DNA of 64,000 nucleotides, taken from positions 21,680,299-21,744,298 of the forward strand of contig NC_134025.1 in assembly GCF_964204645.1 (NCBI RefSeq). Reading direction: 5' to 3'. A program made the position numbers and the translations under genes. Shown here in pieces: positions 1-11,365 of this stretch. Source of the stretch: Tubulanus polymorphus (Eukaryota > Animalia > Nemertea). Each line of letters opens with the position of its first letter. Within the stretch, counting starts at the first letter, position 1. Under the pieces are notes generated by a model that did no database searches, was not told where the DNA came from, and saw nothing but the letters and a program-made list of their open reading frames with translations.

Positions 1-1
1 C

Positions 2-700
2 GGAGACTGCGGTAACGGCACGCTTGGTATCATTTTCCTATCATCGTATTTAGTAATGAGCTTTCTGGTGGTTATAAACATGTACATTGCTGTGATTCTG
101 GAAAACTTCACTCAAGCGACCGAGGACGTTCAACAAGGGTTGACGCAGGACGACTTCGATACGTACTACGAGAAATGGGAAAAATACGACCCGGAGGCCA
201 CTCATTATATTCATTTCGAAATGCTTTCGGATCTAGTCGACGATATTGAGGAGCCGCTTCGTGTGCCAAAACCCAACTACTACAAACTCGTATCGATGGA
301 TATACCAATCTGCAAAGATATGCGCTTGCACTGTGTTGATATTCTAGACGCTTTAACGAAGAGTTTCTTGGGAACGAGTGGCACGGACGGTGATTTGCCT
401 GCACCGCAAACCGGACCTCAAAAACCGCCAGATTACGAAGTGGTCACCTCAACCTTAAAATTGCAACGCGAGTTATACTGCGCGAAAATAGTTCAAGCGG
501 CTTGGAGGAATTATCGCAAACGGCGACCCAGCGTACCGATAGCTACGATCGTGAAAGTCGACGAAACGAACACGACCGGTGGCGACGCGAAAGACGGCGA
601 TAAGGATAAGGATAAGAGTCCGGGAAATAGCATCTCAACGCCGGCGATACCTGACAGCCGAACAGTAGAACTACGCCCGGAAAGCGGTGTCGTTGCGTGA
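2..700 (+). CDS. Voltage-gated sodium channel alpha subunit (Nav/para-like), terminal exon: DIV-S6 and C-terminal tail; 5' part lies outside the window
   Basis: Frame is open from base 2: GDCGNGTLGIIFLSSYLVMSFLVVINMYIAVILENF (Nav DIV S6), followed by the EF-hand-like segment DDFDTYYEKWEKYDP...LHCVDILDALTK and an IQ-like motif KIVQAAWRNY. Stop TGA at 698-700. Confidence 0.95.
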   Translation, partial: GDCGNGTLGIIFLSSYLVMSFLVVINMYIAVILENFTQATEDVQQGLTQDDFDTYYEKWEKYDPEATHYIHFEMLSDLVDDIEEPLRVPKPNYYKLVSMDIPICKDMRLHCVDILDALTKSFLGTSGTDGDLPAPQTGPQKPPDYEVVTSTLKLQRELYCAKIVQAAWRNYRKRRPSVPIATIVKVDETNTTGGDAKDGDKDKDKSPGNSISTPAIPDSRTVELRPESGVVA

Positions 701-2420
701 GAAATAACAGCCACTATTAAAGCTCAAGTTCGATCACATATTGTGCTGTGTGTTTTCATTTCATTTCATGTCAATACTGAATGCATACACCACGACTGCA
801 TCACACCATTTTCTGATTCAACAAATAGTTGTAAACGTGTCATCAGCCATCTGAATATTGTATAACTATTACTAGTATACACGTATGTACTTCCAAAATA
901 TTTCATTTTTGAATGGCATCAATAATGTATCAAATAATAACAATAATATCGACGATAATAATAATGATATTAATAATACCGTTTTTCAATCACGTCATTA
1001 TGTGACATTGACCATAAACGATGTTCCTTCGTGTCTTTCAAAATACGACTTTGGACGATTATTTTTCTATCTTTGTAATGTTTCATTTGATGCAACAACC
1101 ACCAAGGGGTGAGCGAACAAACAAACCAACCAACCAACCATTGTACCATAGCCGCGTCGTCCCAGTTGCTACTGATGACAACGTCATGAAAATTTGCGTT
1201 AGGTGCAAAGATAGTATTCGGGCCATTCATAAATTATTTATTTTTATAATAATTTATTGGTTATAATACTAACTACCTTTCGCACCACCTTAGTCACCAT
1301 GAGTTTGCGTATAGTGCCGCTTGTAATAGATAACTAATACTGTGTCCTGTTATTTAAGGCTTAAGTTTACGGCACATTTTACTGCTCTGAAGCGTCCAAT
1401 TGTCGGTTCTATATTAACGTTTTTTCTACATTTTGCCAGAAGTTTGTTGCAAAAAATGTGTATAAATTAAAAAAGACATAATGTTTTTTGTGTCTCGAGT
1501 TGCAAAAGATTGATTGTTTGATTGTTTTACACCTAAAATTTGTCTTCCTAAATTATAGGGATTTTCTATTCTACATGTTTTTATATGGTGGTACATGTAA
1601 CGCTCGAATTGACGACGTAAACGTAGTGTATAGATATTTAAAGAAATATAGTACTTGAACCAGAATTTCCAGGTTTATTCGCCCAACAAACCGACTGTGA
1701 ACATCTTTATCATAACCAATCACGAAAATGATTTCAGTCGGAAGGCTCTTTGGCATCTTCGCGAACCAGGGATTCGAACCTGCACAATGTTTGTATTCCG
1801 TAGCGTTGGATCGAGTCCCTGATGTGCGACGACGTGATTGGCCTTTGTCAACAGTTACGTCACTTAAAAATTGCAAATCGCCATTCAATCGATCCTGTAG
1901 AGCCATTCTGCGCGAGAGGCTCGTCTCGTGACCGAGGAATTCTGGTATCATGCACGTCTGTAGGTAAATTACTATCTTTCCCTTTATCACAAACACACAT
2001 ACTATATTAATGTTATACATAACATGTGTCCTATCGAATTACAATTTTCAAATAGCTTTTCCTCTCTTATAAACGACATTCCTTTAATATTTCTCATCTC
2101 AATACCAAGAGTTATCTCTCTTCTATAAGCGAAGCGAAAAATACTGATGATATTTTCGCTTACGAATCTTCTACTACTAACGTAATTAATTAACAGATTA
2201 TCCAAATAGCCAAATGTAAGACGAACGCGTGAACTCAGCTGCAAATGCTTTTGAAAAAATAACCACCGAATCAACTGTGTATAATGATAATCACTGTGAT
2301 ATAAATTTGGCTTCATTGCGGTGTCTAAAAATAGCATACGTATAAACGCACTAAGGCGTAAATCCGGTGTTGCTTCGTTCTAGAATTGAAATCGTCATTA
2401 TACTATCGAGAAGGTGCTAA

Positions 2421-2713
2421 CAAGGGCGGATTTAGGGTCATCCCTTGAAGGGGTGGACCTGAAAATTTGAATGGGCACTTTTTATTTGAAAAGATCAGAT
2501 TTGGCAATGCGACCGCAAACATTGGTGGAGGTCCCGAGGCCCTCCCACGTAAAACTTTACAAAAAGGGGCTTTTCTACGCCTTATTTGGTTTGATTTATC
2601 GTCTTTTTGAAATCTTATTTCCAAAAAAGAATTTACAGACATCTTGGAGGACGTGTTCTAATTTTGGTGGGGATGGACCAGTCCACCCGGTCCACATCCT
2701 AAATCCGCCCTTG
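2421..2713. mobile_element. MITE with 16 bp perfect TIR (hAT-like termini)
   Basis: CAAGGGCGGATTTAGG ... CCTAAATCCGCCCTTG; no clear TSD. More degenerate elements with similar ends at ~24072-24331, ~46598-46912 and 50347-50530. Confidence 0.65.
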
Positions 2714-4322
2714 AAGGACCGGATGTTATCCAAGCTGCCCAGTTGTGATTAAACACAATATCCGATTTCGCTAATCGTTAAAAGTCAACGTTTCTTCTAT
2801 ATCTAATAATGAAAATATTTCTATCGAAGCTTGCGATCGAGAAATCTTTATGAAATGCATTCGGATTTCCTCATTACGTGTAGCAGCGGATGTGTCATTC
2901 TTCAAATAGCACGAAAGATAGAATTATTGTCTTTTTGCTCTCTCTCTCACTCACTCTCCATTCATTTCAAGTGCATTCTACTTCTCAAATGAAGAAAATA
3001 CGGCTAGGTTTAGGATAGCGAACATGATAATTGAATTTTCTTGTGCGGTTACCTTTCGGCAAAGTGTGTCTGTCGTTCATTGTTTCATACCTATCAACAG
3101 TTACTTCTTTTTTTAAAAAACGTGTTTAATTCGGCGAGAAAAGCTATTTCGAAACGACTTTTACTCACGAGTAAATCTGAATATGTAAAAAATCAAATGA
3201 AATTCATTTCTAAGGGCAGCGCTCGAGTTATTAGCTAACACTTATTTAGTCTAAATTTCGAATTCCAGAATTATTATTCTAATGTTTTCGCTTGTAGCTG
3301 ATTGTATGTCGCGTTTTGCAGTTTACATGACAACGCCTAAATATTATTTGCTGTGATAAAATCAAATCAAGATGGTTGTAATTAGTTCTTTTTACACATT
3401 TTTTCAAAACTCGGGCCAGTTTTTTTTGTAATGTGTATAAAATCATGTCAAGGGCCAGTTGCTCTAGGGTCTGTCTTTAAAAACCAAGGTTACAATATAA
3501 ACACCGTATATAGGATTTCATTCAATATTGATCTACTGCGTGATATGTCATTTTACTTCCCGTATATGGAAGTAACCATATTTGTTCGTGTTATTTGGAA
3601 CCTAAAAAACCCCTTGGTTTAGCCACCCTCAGAAAGATAAGAATCCCAATGGACTAGTTCTTGTTGACTATATCAAATATACTTCGAGTTACTGGTCCTG
3701 GGCCCGGGTTTTCTTTCATTTAATTCAGTGATTAAAGAGTTTTTTTTCTTTTATTCAATTTTACCGATTGTAAAAACCCTTACGATGCACAAAATGTTCA
3801 AACGCACCAAAGTACATCTGCCCTATATAGCTTTCATTTTTCATAACCAGAAGCTTCAGTTTATTCGATTGATCGTTAATTCGCACATTTTTCATTGCAA
3901 TCGGTTATCCGGTTTAGTCACACATGTCCTATCCCACCGACCAAAACTAGAACTTGTGACATGCTAGGCGAATAATTTCATCGGTGAATGAATCTTCGCC
4001 GAATGGGGTACCCGCAAAACCAGCTTTCCCGCGAGATGGCGTGACGAGCAGTGCAGACGGTCGTCAAAATTGGTTCATTTTCATTGAATTTTTGAACCGT
4101 AATTGGCCCATATTTTGTTTCCACGCGCGAGAATTCAGAACGCGAGTACGCCCCGAATCAGGCATCATGGAATTCGATCGAATTCGCCTAGCGCGTCACA
4201 AGCTTGGGCATTTCGGGAGAATATCAAGACCACTGTAGAATTAGTATGATTATTAACTCGATGAAATCAATGTGCCCATAAAGCAGGCGCGGGATGCCTT
4301 CCGGGTAGTCAGTAGTTCCAGT

Positions 4323-4553
4323 ATATATAGAATCCCACACTAAAATAATGAGAAAGATGAAGTCGGAAAAGTTTCCTTCGAGCTAATGATTTCTTGATTC
4401 GACGTTTCGACTATAACCTAATAGTCATCTTCAGAAGATTCCGGAAGATGACTATTAGGTTATAGTCGAAAAACTGAAACAATAAATCATTAGCTTGAAG
4501 GAAACTTTTCTGACTTCGTATTTCTCATCTTAGTAGTGTGGGATTCTCTATAT
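4323..4553. mobile_element. Palindromic element with two inverted, degenerate hammerhead motifs (Penelope-like remnant)
   Basis: ~110 bp inverted arms. Minus strand 4434-4401 reads CUGAAGA-U-GACUAU(UAGGUU)AUAGUC-GAAACGUC; the plus-strand copy at 4437-4480 is degenerate (CGGAAGA...GAAAAACU). Confidence 0.7.
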
Positions 4554-4704
4554 CGTGACAATACGGAATAGCGTTTCATCAATGGTGACCCAACAGTGTT
4601 AGTCAACCTACTATTCATAAAATAAGTCAGATACTAGATTTCCTTCATTCAATAAAACAGCAGATACATGCCCTCGGGAAAAGGGTTTCTGGGACTACTT
4701 GAAT

Positions 4705-4739
4705 CATGGACTATAAAACGACTTGTTTTATAGTCCGTG
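4705..4739. mobile_element. 35 bp hairpin mini-element with a 7 bp target-site duplication
   Basis: CTTGAAT-CATGGACTATAAAACGACTTGTTTTATAGTCCGTG-CTTGAAT; related copies at 6189-6225 and 52389-52423. Confidence 0.6.
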
Positions 4740-5159
4740 CTTGAATCACAGGTTTTCTCTTCGTTGGACGAAGCCCCTTAGCACTCGATTTCAGGAATAC
4801 GTGCGTTAAAAAGAAAAGGAATGTATTTCGTCGGGGCGCTGGATGCATACCGATTTATGAGTATATATCAGAATAGAAATTGTTATTATCATTATGGTTA
4901 TTATCATCATTATCTCACATGGCATGCAAAAAAGACTTCAATTTTCACGGCAGCAAATTATCACGGTTCCACAATTCTATATTGTGGCGCCGATTTATCA
5001 GCGTTCATTTGTGTGTTCACTACCGTACTTAAAACTTTCAACTGCATCACTACCGTTATTTTAAATGCGATATTATTATACCATTGTTCCACAGTGTTGT
5101 TATCTAAATGCTATTAGATGATTATTATTGAATTGAATTTTATCTCCTGTTTTTATCGA

Positions 5160-5196
5160 AATAAAAGATAAAATAGCGTGTGTTGTTTTTTGTGGT
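5160..5196 (+). terminator. Candidate poly(A) signal of the Nav gene
   Basis: AATAAA at 5160-5165 followed by a GU/U-rich element (GTGTGTTGTTTTTTGTGG). Earlier AATAAA hexamers at ~4481 and ~4651 are alternatives. Confidence 0.35.
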
Positions 5197-6723
5197 TCCA
5201 ACTTTTCGTTAACGACAATCATGCGGGTATTTAAGTATGCATCTTTAAATTGCTCTTGACGTATTTATGAATATGTGCACGGATTATCATTGTTAATTAT
5301 TCTTAGCTTGAAAATTTAAACAGCACTGAAGTGGCATTGTGATTTTTATAACCGCGCAAATATGCGAAAGTAACTATTTATCATTCGATATCGAAATATA
5401 AGTCGTTGCTGGTAGTTGAATTATTTGCCATCAGAGAAAGCATCATTACTTATAACATCGATACATGTATAACATTATACCAACGTCGAGCGGTGAGCGC
5501 CTGTTCATTGTAAAAACCTTTCAGAAAACGATTAAATATATGCAACTGTGAATTGCTTTCTCGATCAACCATCTATAAACAGCCGTTATCCACGGCGAAT
5601 GTACGTATGGTTGATTTTTATCGTCGGATTTAACCGTCGAATCTGAAATCTTTACAGCCGTTTTTCTTTTTTGAATTCCAAACTGTATGATGTGTATATG
5701 TATACGAAAGCAGGCCTGCTCGATAATAACCGACGAATGCTTACGAATACATACGATATAATCTTGCTTTCCAATTCATCTATAGATTTTTAAGTGTTTT
5801 AAGCTGTTCATATCACCACACGTTACACACGTCACATGGGTTGAAATCGAATCTGCAATTTATGTTTATTACCATCAATCATGATAGTACATGTTCCTCC
5901 CGTAATAATATAGCATTCTTGCAAATCTGCTTTCCCAGCTGCGGCGTCTAGGATTTCCCCTTTCAGCTCTGACAATACATGTCCTAATCATGCAACGAAA
6001 CAATGCCAAACTAGCTTTAGCTCCTTCAACAATGTTGTCAAGCTGATTCCAACATTATAGGTGTTCTTTATGTAAATAAAACATCCAATTCGTATAAAAG
6101 AAAAAAAAAGGTCGACGTTCGTAGTTATTTTTTCGGTTGCGGCGGTTTTACTCAAACCAGAGGAGAGCATGTGATTGGTTGGGTACATCATGGATTCTAA
6201 AACGAACTTCGTTTATGAGTCCATGGGCCAGTTGCATAGTCATGGCTTAGACTTCAGACCAGTCTTCTGAGACCAACTTAGTTCTATAGCAAACTTAAGA
6301 ACGGGTCTCAAGTTGTTAGACATGAGTTGCAACCTTGTACCGTACTTCATGTATTGGTACTAAAGACCAAGAGTTTGTCTTTTCGCGCAAATTTCGAATA
6401 ACTTTCGCAACATGAAGTACCATGATAGTACGTGAGCGAAATATGACGAACAGCACACGCCACGTACCATGTTTTAACATAGAAATTTATTCTAAACTGA
6501 GCTTTAAGCAGACGTATTTAATCTGTAAGTACCGGTAGGGGTCAAGAGGAACACTATGCCCATTTGGTGAAATGCTTGACATTTTCAATGCACCCTGACA
6601 ACCGAATACAGAATCCGATGACCCTGAAACTCACCACAATCATAGAACATGTCATGAGTTACAACTTGGCAATTTTTTGTGGTTACAACAAATGTATAGT
6701 ACTACAATAAGGCTAAAAAAATT

Positions 6724-6894
6724 GATACCTTGTTTCTCATTTCACTTGAGTTTAAAAGTTTACCCGGCCGACTGCTTATCTACCCTGTACATTACTTTTA
6801 ACCATAACAGACCCGGCAGCTATAGACATGGACTGCTTACAAATTGTATCGCAGTTTATAAAATGACCCGGCCGATTAGGAGAAACACGGTATC
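6724..6894. mobile_element. MITE family B copy 1 (TIR GATACCTTGTTTCTC)
   Basis: GATACCTTGTTTCTC...GAGAAACACGGTATC; body similar to 39307-39501 and ~19925-20025. Confidence 0.7.
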
Positions 6895-7119
6895 AATTTC
6901 TAGCCTAAACGTCCCAAATAACTTGATCCCGTTTGATGACAAACGCCAGATGACAGATGAAAAATGATCGCAATAGCTTTCTGGAACTAATTCAATCCTG
7001 GGCGCTAAAGACCTTATATTGAATTATTGTAGCACATTCATGGCAAATTCTATCGAAGTCATCACTCCATTCAATATTCATTATTTCTGTCTACCCGCAT
7101 TTCGATTTCACATTGATGA

Positions 7120-10100
7120 TCAATCGTCTAATACACTGTCGAGCCAATCTTCTAGATCTGCAACATTTTCTGAAAACGAATAAATCAACCGTGATTTGGC
7201 CTCAAATCAAGTAGGCCTAGGTTTGGAAGGAATTTTCAAATTAAAACAGGAGCAGCTCTTAACTGGAAATTTTTGGTGGCTTATTGTTGTTGGAAGTTGG
7301 CAAATGTGTCCGGCCAAGACAACTGGCAGCTACCGCGCACTACTACTGACATTTCGAAAATTTTCTCTTTAATTGCTCTAGTTGTCTCCAGTCCAAAAGT
7401 CATGTCGCAAAGGGGACCTGATCTGAGCTTAGCTTAGACAGACAAGTCTACCGTACATTTGAAAGTGAGATACAAACCTTTTACTGCTGAACTGGTTACA
7501 TGAACTGGTACTGTATTTTGTTGCTTAACACCCTCGTCTGATTTCTTGTTGACTTTCACTGAAATAAATGGATGAAATACAATCATTACAAGTTGCAAAA
7601 TTACATCGAAACTCGATTATTGAATGAAATATGTGTAATTGATTCTAACTGAGATAATGTACGCTTATTCTTTTACTTAATTCAGATCATCAATTTGGTG
7701 CTCAAGAAGTCTGGATATTGTAGTTTAAACCGAATTTAACTAGTCCAGATGGAATGTGTTTTACTCAATATAGAATTCTCAGGTACGGGTTAACCAGATG
7801 AACTTGATGGAAAATGTCCACCTAGGAAACCATTATAATGAAAATTCTTTGATCGCAGGCGCTTGTTGCAAACAGCTGTACATGAATTTCGCGACAACTT
7901 GGACCCAGTGCCAACCATTGCCACGGATCATGTTTTATATGGCCCAGCCCAGCAAAATGTGGGATTACAGAATTCATCCCAAGGTTAACAAAATAATGGC
8001 CAGAATTGCTTGTCTCTAGCTCATGAAACTCGAAGATATTTTAAAACGGAAACAACCTTTTTCATGTGGAGACTCCGGTGATGTTGGAATATGTGGACTA
8101 GGCAGCTGAGGTTTATCTACTAGAGTAAGCAGAAAATCAAGATCATCCATGTCAGCAGTCGCATTAGTGTCCTTATCACAACACTTAAAGGAATGTTTGC
8201 TACAATGATCCGAATTTTTCGCAACTTCATCAACTGCGTTATCATCATCTACGACAATATCAGGTTCATCTCCGATCCAGAAAGATCTAGAATATTTCTC
8301 TTCTTCGGTAAGTTCAGCAGTATTTTGAGACAATACGTTTGCAGCGTTTGTATCGCACCTCTTAGCACCCTTAAGTTCTCTAGATATCTCTGATAAATTG
8401 TCTAATATGTTCGATGTTTGAGCAAGTTTTTCTGGAGTGGTTTTAACGTTCAAATGCATCCTATCGACAATAGACGACGAATCCGGCCGTGAAGACTTCA
8501 AAACAACCGTCTGATTTGACGACGGAAATTCACGAGCCTTTTTGCATCGCTCTTCGTACATAGTCAGAAATCCTGCCTGCAAAATGTAAATTTACTTTAA
8601 GAGATGAATAACACACTCAGATATGAATTTAAATGTTTCACAACATTGATATAAAGTAAACTGCGGATATGCTATATCGAATGTATTATTTCTACCAACA
8701 AGCAAAAAATCAATGTATGTGTAAAATACATTACTAGGTATTCTAAGACTAACTGAGTTGCCCCGAAGTTGGTTAACCAAGAATTTCTCTCTACGTCTGG
8801 TTAACACAGAACATTCTCATAATCCTATCTCGTTCATACCCCCAGGTTTTACACGAGAACTTTGGGGCTTTTTTGGTGAATTTCGAACTAAGGACACCTA
8901 TTAGTATAATGATTGTAATTACCACCACCTGTATCCGAATCCTGAAGAGAGGTAACCAAACAGCGCTTCCATATTTCATACTAAACCAGAAGCCACCCAA
9001 ATGTCGGTCAGTGGTTAATAATTATAGACGATTTCAGTCATGTTGTTTAACAGGTAAAACGTTTAAGTTAAAATGGTCTTAAACACCAACAAATGGTCTA
9101 TATCACCAGTCAATCTATTTTGTACTTATAAATAAAGAAGTTTAATCTAGATAACCATCATTGGTTATAGGCCTATATGATCTTAGCTAAGTCAGGGTGC
9201 TCAAGTCATACAGACAGGAATGAAACCATCAATACACTAAAAGCAAAGACACAACATATCCGTAGCTTACTTTCAAAACAGAATGTATATGATTACGAAA
9301 GAATATAACCTGGTCAGCTTCCCGTTCAATATCATATCGGATGGGTAATGGTACAGTTTGTATTATACGGCTCAATTCACTGCAGTCAATGGCTAAAAAC
9401 TGTGCATCGAAATTAGTATCAGTCTTTGCTATAGACTCCTCCGCTTCCTCCCAATCTTTCTCATCATGTAACCTCAGCTGCGATTCAGCCGTAACTAGCA
9501 GTAATCCGAAAAAAAAAGAAATATTAAATTATACCGATTTTGATGAGTTAAATACCAGGGCCAGTCGCCAAGAGTTGGTTAAAGTAAGTTAACCAGTGGA
9601 TATTTTACGGAGTGACAATTACGAGTTCATTTTGACTATGGTATTGATTGAGGCCAGTTGCTCAAAAGTTGGTTAGAATTGACCAGTGGATAGTTGACAG
9701 AGTGACAACTTAGAGTTCATTGTAACTATGGTATTTATCCACCCATTATCTTTATTAACTTTACTTTGAGCAACTGGTTCCCGGAAACTCGTAACAAGTT
9801 GTATGATGGTCTAATTTTTCTTTACCAAACCCATACATCCAAACATGAGGTTCATAAATAACAACAGATTGATAAACGTAACTGCATTCATGTAATGACA
9901 CTTCTTACCAACTTTATTCAATAACAGCTGAAAGTCAGCAGCTTTCTGAGCTTCGCTGTTAGCATTACTTTCATCGTCGATGCCCTCGTATCGCGACCAG
10001 TTACTGTCGATATGTCTACGTTGAAATGTTCGTTGGCTGCGTTTTGTCGTGTCATCGGTTTCACTATCATCAGCGCTCAACTGTAAATGAACGATTATTG

Positions 10101-10563
10101 ATTAATGACACATCTTTTCTTCTGTAGGCCTAGTCAGTAACCTGTCTGTGGTTTAATTTCGTGATCGGATATCTTCTGGCATAAGCCCATCCAATTATCA
10201 AAGCTTACCACCAACAATTAGGTAACTAGGCCCATCTTAGAAATCATTTCATGCATGGCTTGAAACAGTCAGTAAACTGCCTGTGGTTTAGTTTCAGATA
10301 TTTTCAAGCCCATCAGATTATAAAGGGTTACCGCCAACGATGGTAACTAACTATGCTTGAAATCCTATACATACTTCTTTGACTTCCTGGCTTATGTTTG
10401 GCTTCTGAACTGCTGGTTTTTGTGACGTCTGCAGCTGCTTTTTCAACTGCCCTGTTCTCCCTGATCCTGGTGTGGTTTTACCAGTGCTCGATTCAGACGA
10501 GTCCGCACCATGTTTTTTCTGATACTGTCGGCTCTTCTTCTTCTTATGTTCATCAGGCCTCAT
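7120..10563 (-). CDS. AVEN: Cell death regulator Aven-like protein (6 coding exons, ~398 aa)
   Basis: Exons 10563-10375, 10080-9909, 9494-9310, 8576-8057, 7558-7478, 7169-7120; all introns GT-AG with consistent phases (1197 nt). Aven-type motifs: N-terminal MRPDEHKKKK, RRHIDSNWSRY, ADFQLLL, ESQLRLHDEKDWE, C-terminal DLEDWLDSVLDD*. Confidence 0.85.
9556..9784. mobile_element. MITE family C (GGCCAGTTGCTCAAAAG termini; Harbinger-like), one and a half tandem copies in an Aven intron
   Basis: GGCCAGTTGCTCAAAAGTTGGTTA...TTTGAGCAACTGG; 9556-9650 is a partial tandem duplicate of 9651-9784; related copy at 35011-35170. Confidence 0.65.
10132..10349. repeat. Short diverged tandem duplication in the first Aven coding intron
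   Basis: AGTCAGTAA.CTG.CTGTGGTTTA.TTTC...AAGCCCATC..ATTAT.AA.G.TTACC.CCAAC.AT...GGTAACTA at ~10132 and ~10267. Confidence 0.65.
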
Positions 10564-10994
10564 CTCATTGATTGCATCTAACAAAAGACAGGCCAACAAT
10601 GCCAATAAATGACTTATCACCCCAGCAGCCTACTTGAGGCATTTTCGATTTCATGAGCATTCATTAATTTTGCGATTGAGGAGCGGAACCCCACGATAAT
10701 GAAAATAGTTTTCGTTGTGATATCATGAAAATATTGCTATTTATAAATGGATGACGGTTGTCACTGATTGATGTCAAAGAGGCCTAAATAAAAAAAGGTA
10801 GTTAATGCTGACTGAATGTAGTAACTGAGTAGCATTAGAATAGCCTAGTAGAGCTTATGAGTAGCACACGGAAGAAATTCAAATTAAGGCCTAATTTCAT
10901 GATTTGAGCAAGCCCAATAAAGGCAATTCATGGAAACAAAATGTTTTATCGAAAATAATTGAGAATGATGCCAAATAAATCTGCAAGACTTACA

Positions 10995-11365
10995 AACAGC
11001 ATTTAAATTCAATTTAAGGAGAAAAGAAAAAATAAGTCAAATTTTATGGGAAATCTCTTCTATGAGGATCCACGCGACCTTGAATTTGATTTCATTTCGT
11101 TGTTCCGGTAAATTAATATCTTCAAAAAACTGAAAGGCCAGGGTAATACAGGTTGCATTCTAGATAAGAAACGATAACATCTGAATAACAATTGAAGCGC
11201 ACCGTGACTGATTTTTCTAAATATAGCATCAGGATTCGAACCGATTCCCATCGTTTTAAACATGGCGGCGCCCAGGAAATAACATTACTTCTTCAAAACT
11301 CACGCACATTACAGATATTTTGGAAAGGATCTCCCGCGTCTCCCGCGATTGAAATATACAACGAC
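10995..11365. promoter_or_regulatory. Probable bidirectional promoter between Aven (-) and PPIL4 (+)
   Basis: Start codons diverge ~800 bp apart. YY1-like AAACATGGCGGC at 11258-11269 and tandem TCTCCCGCG at ~11330-11347. Aven appears to have a non-coding first exon (minus-strand donor GTAAGT near 10989-10994, acceptor near 10578). Confidence 0.55.

Noticed and set aside
885-1112. Asn-rich 75 aa ORF
   Set aside because: Produced by an (AAT)n-like tract in the Nav 3' UTR region; no coding evidence.
1765-1785. B-box-like GGTTCGAATCC on the minus strand (also ~11232 and ~49176), and SINE-like fragments at ~22410, ~26620 and ~39030
   Set aside because: No cloverleaf or properly spaced A-box; too degenerate to call a tRNA or SINE without a repeat library.
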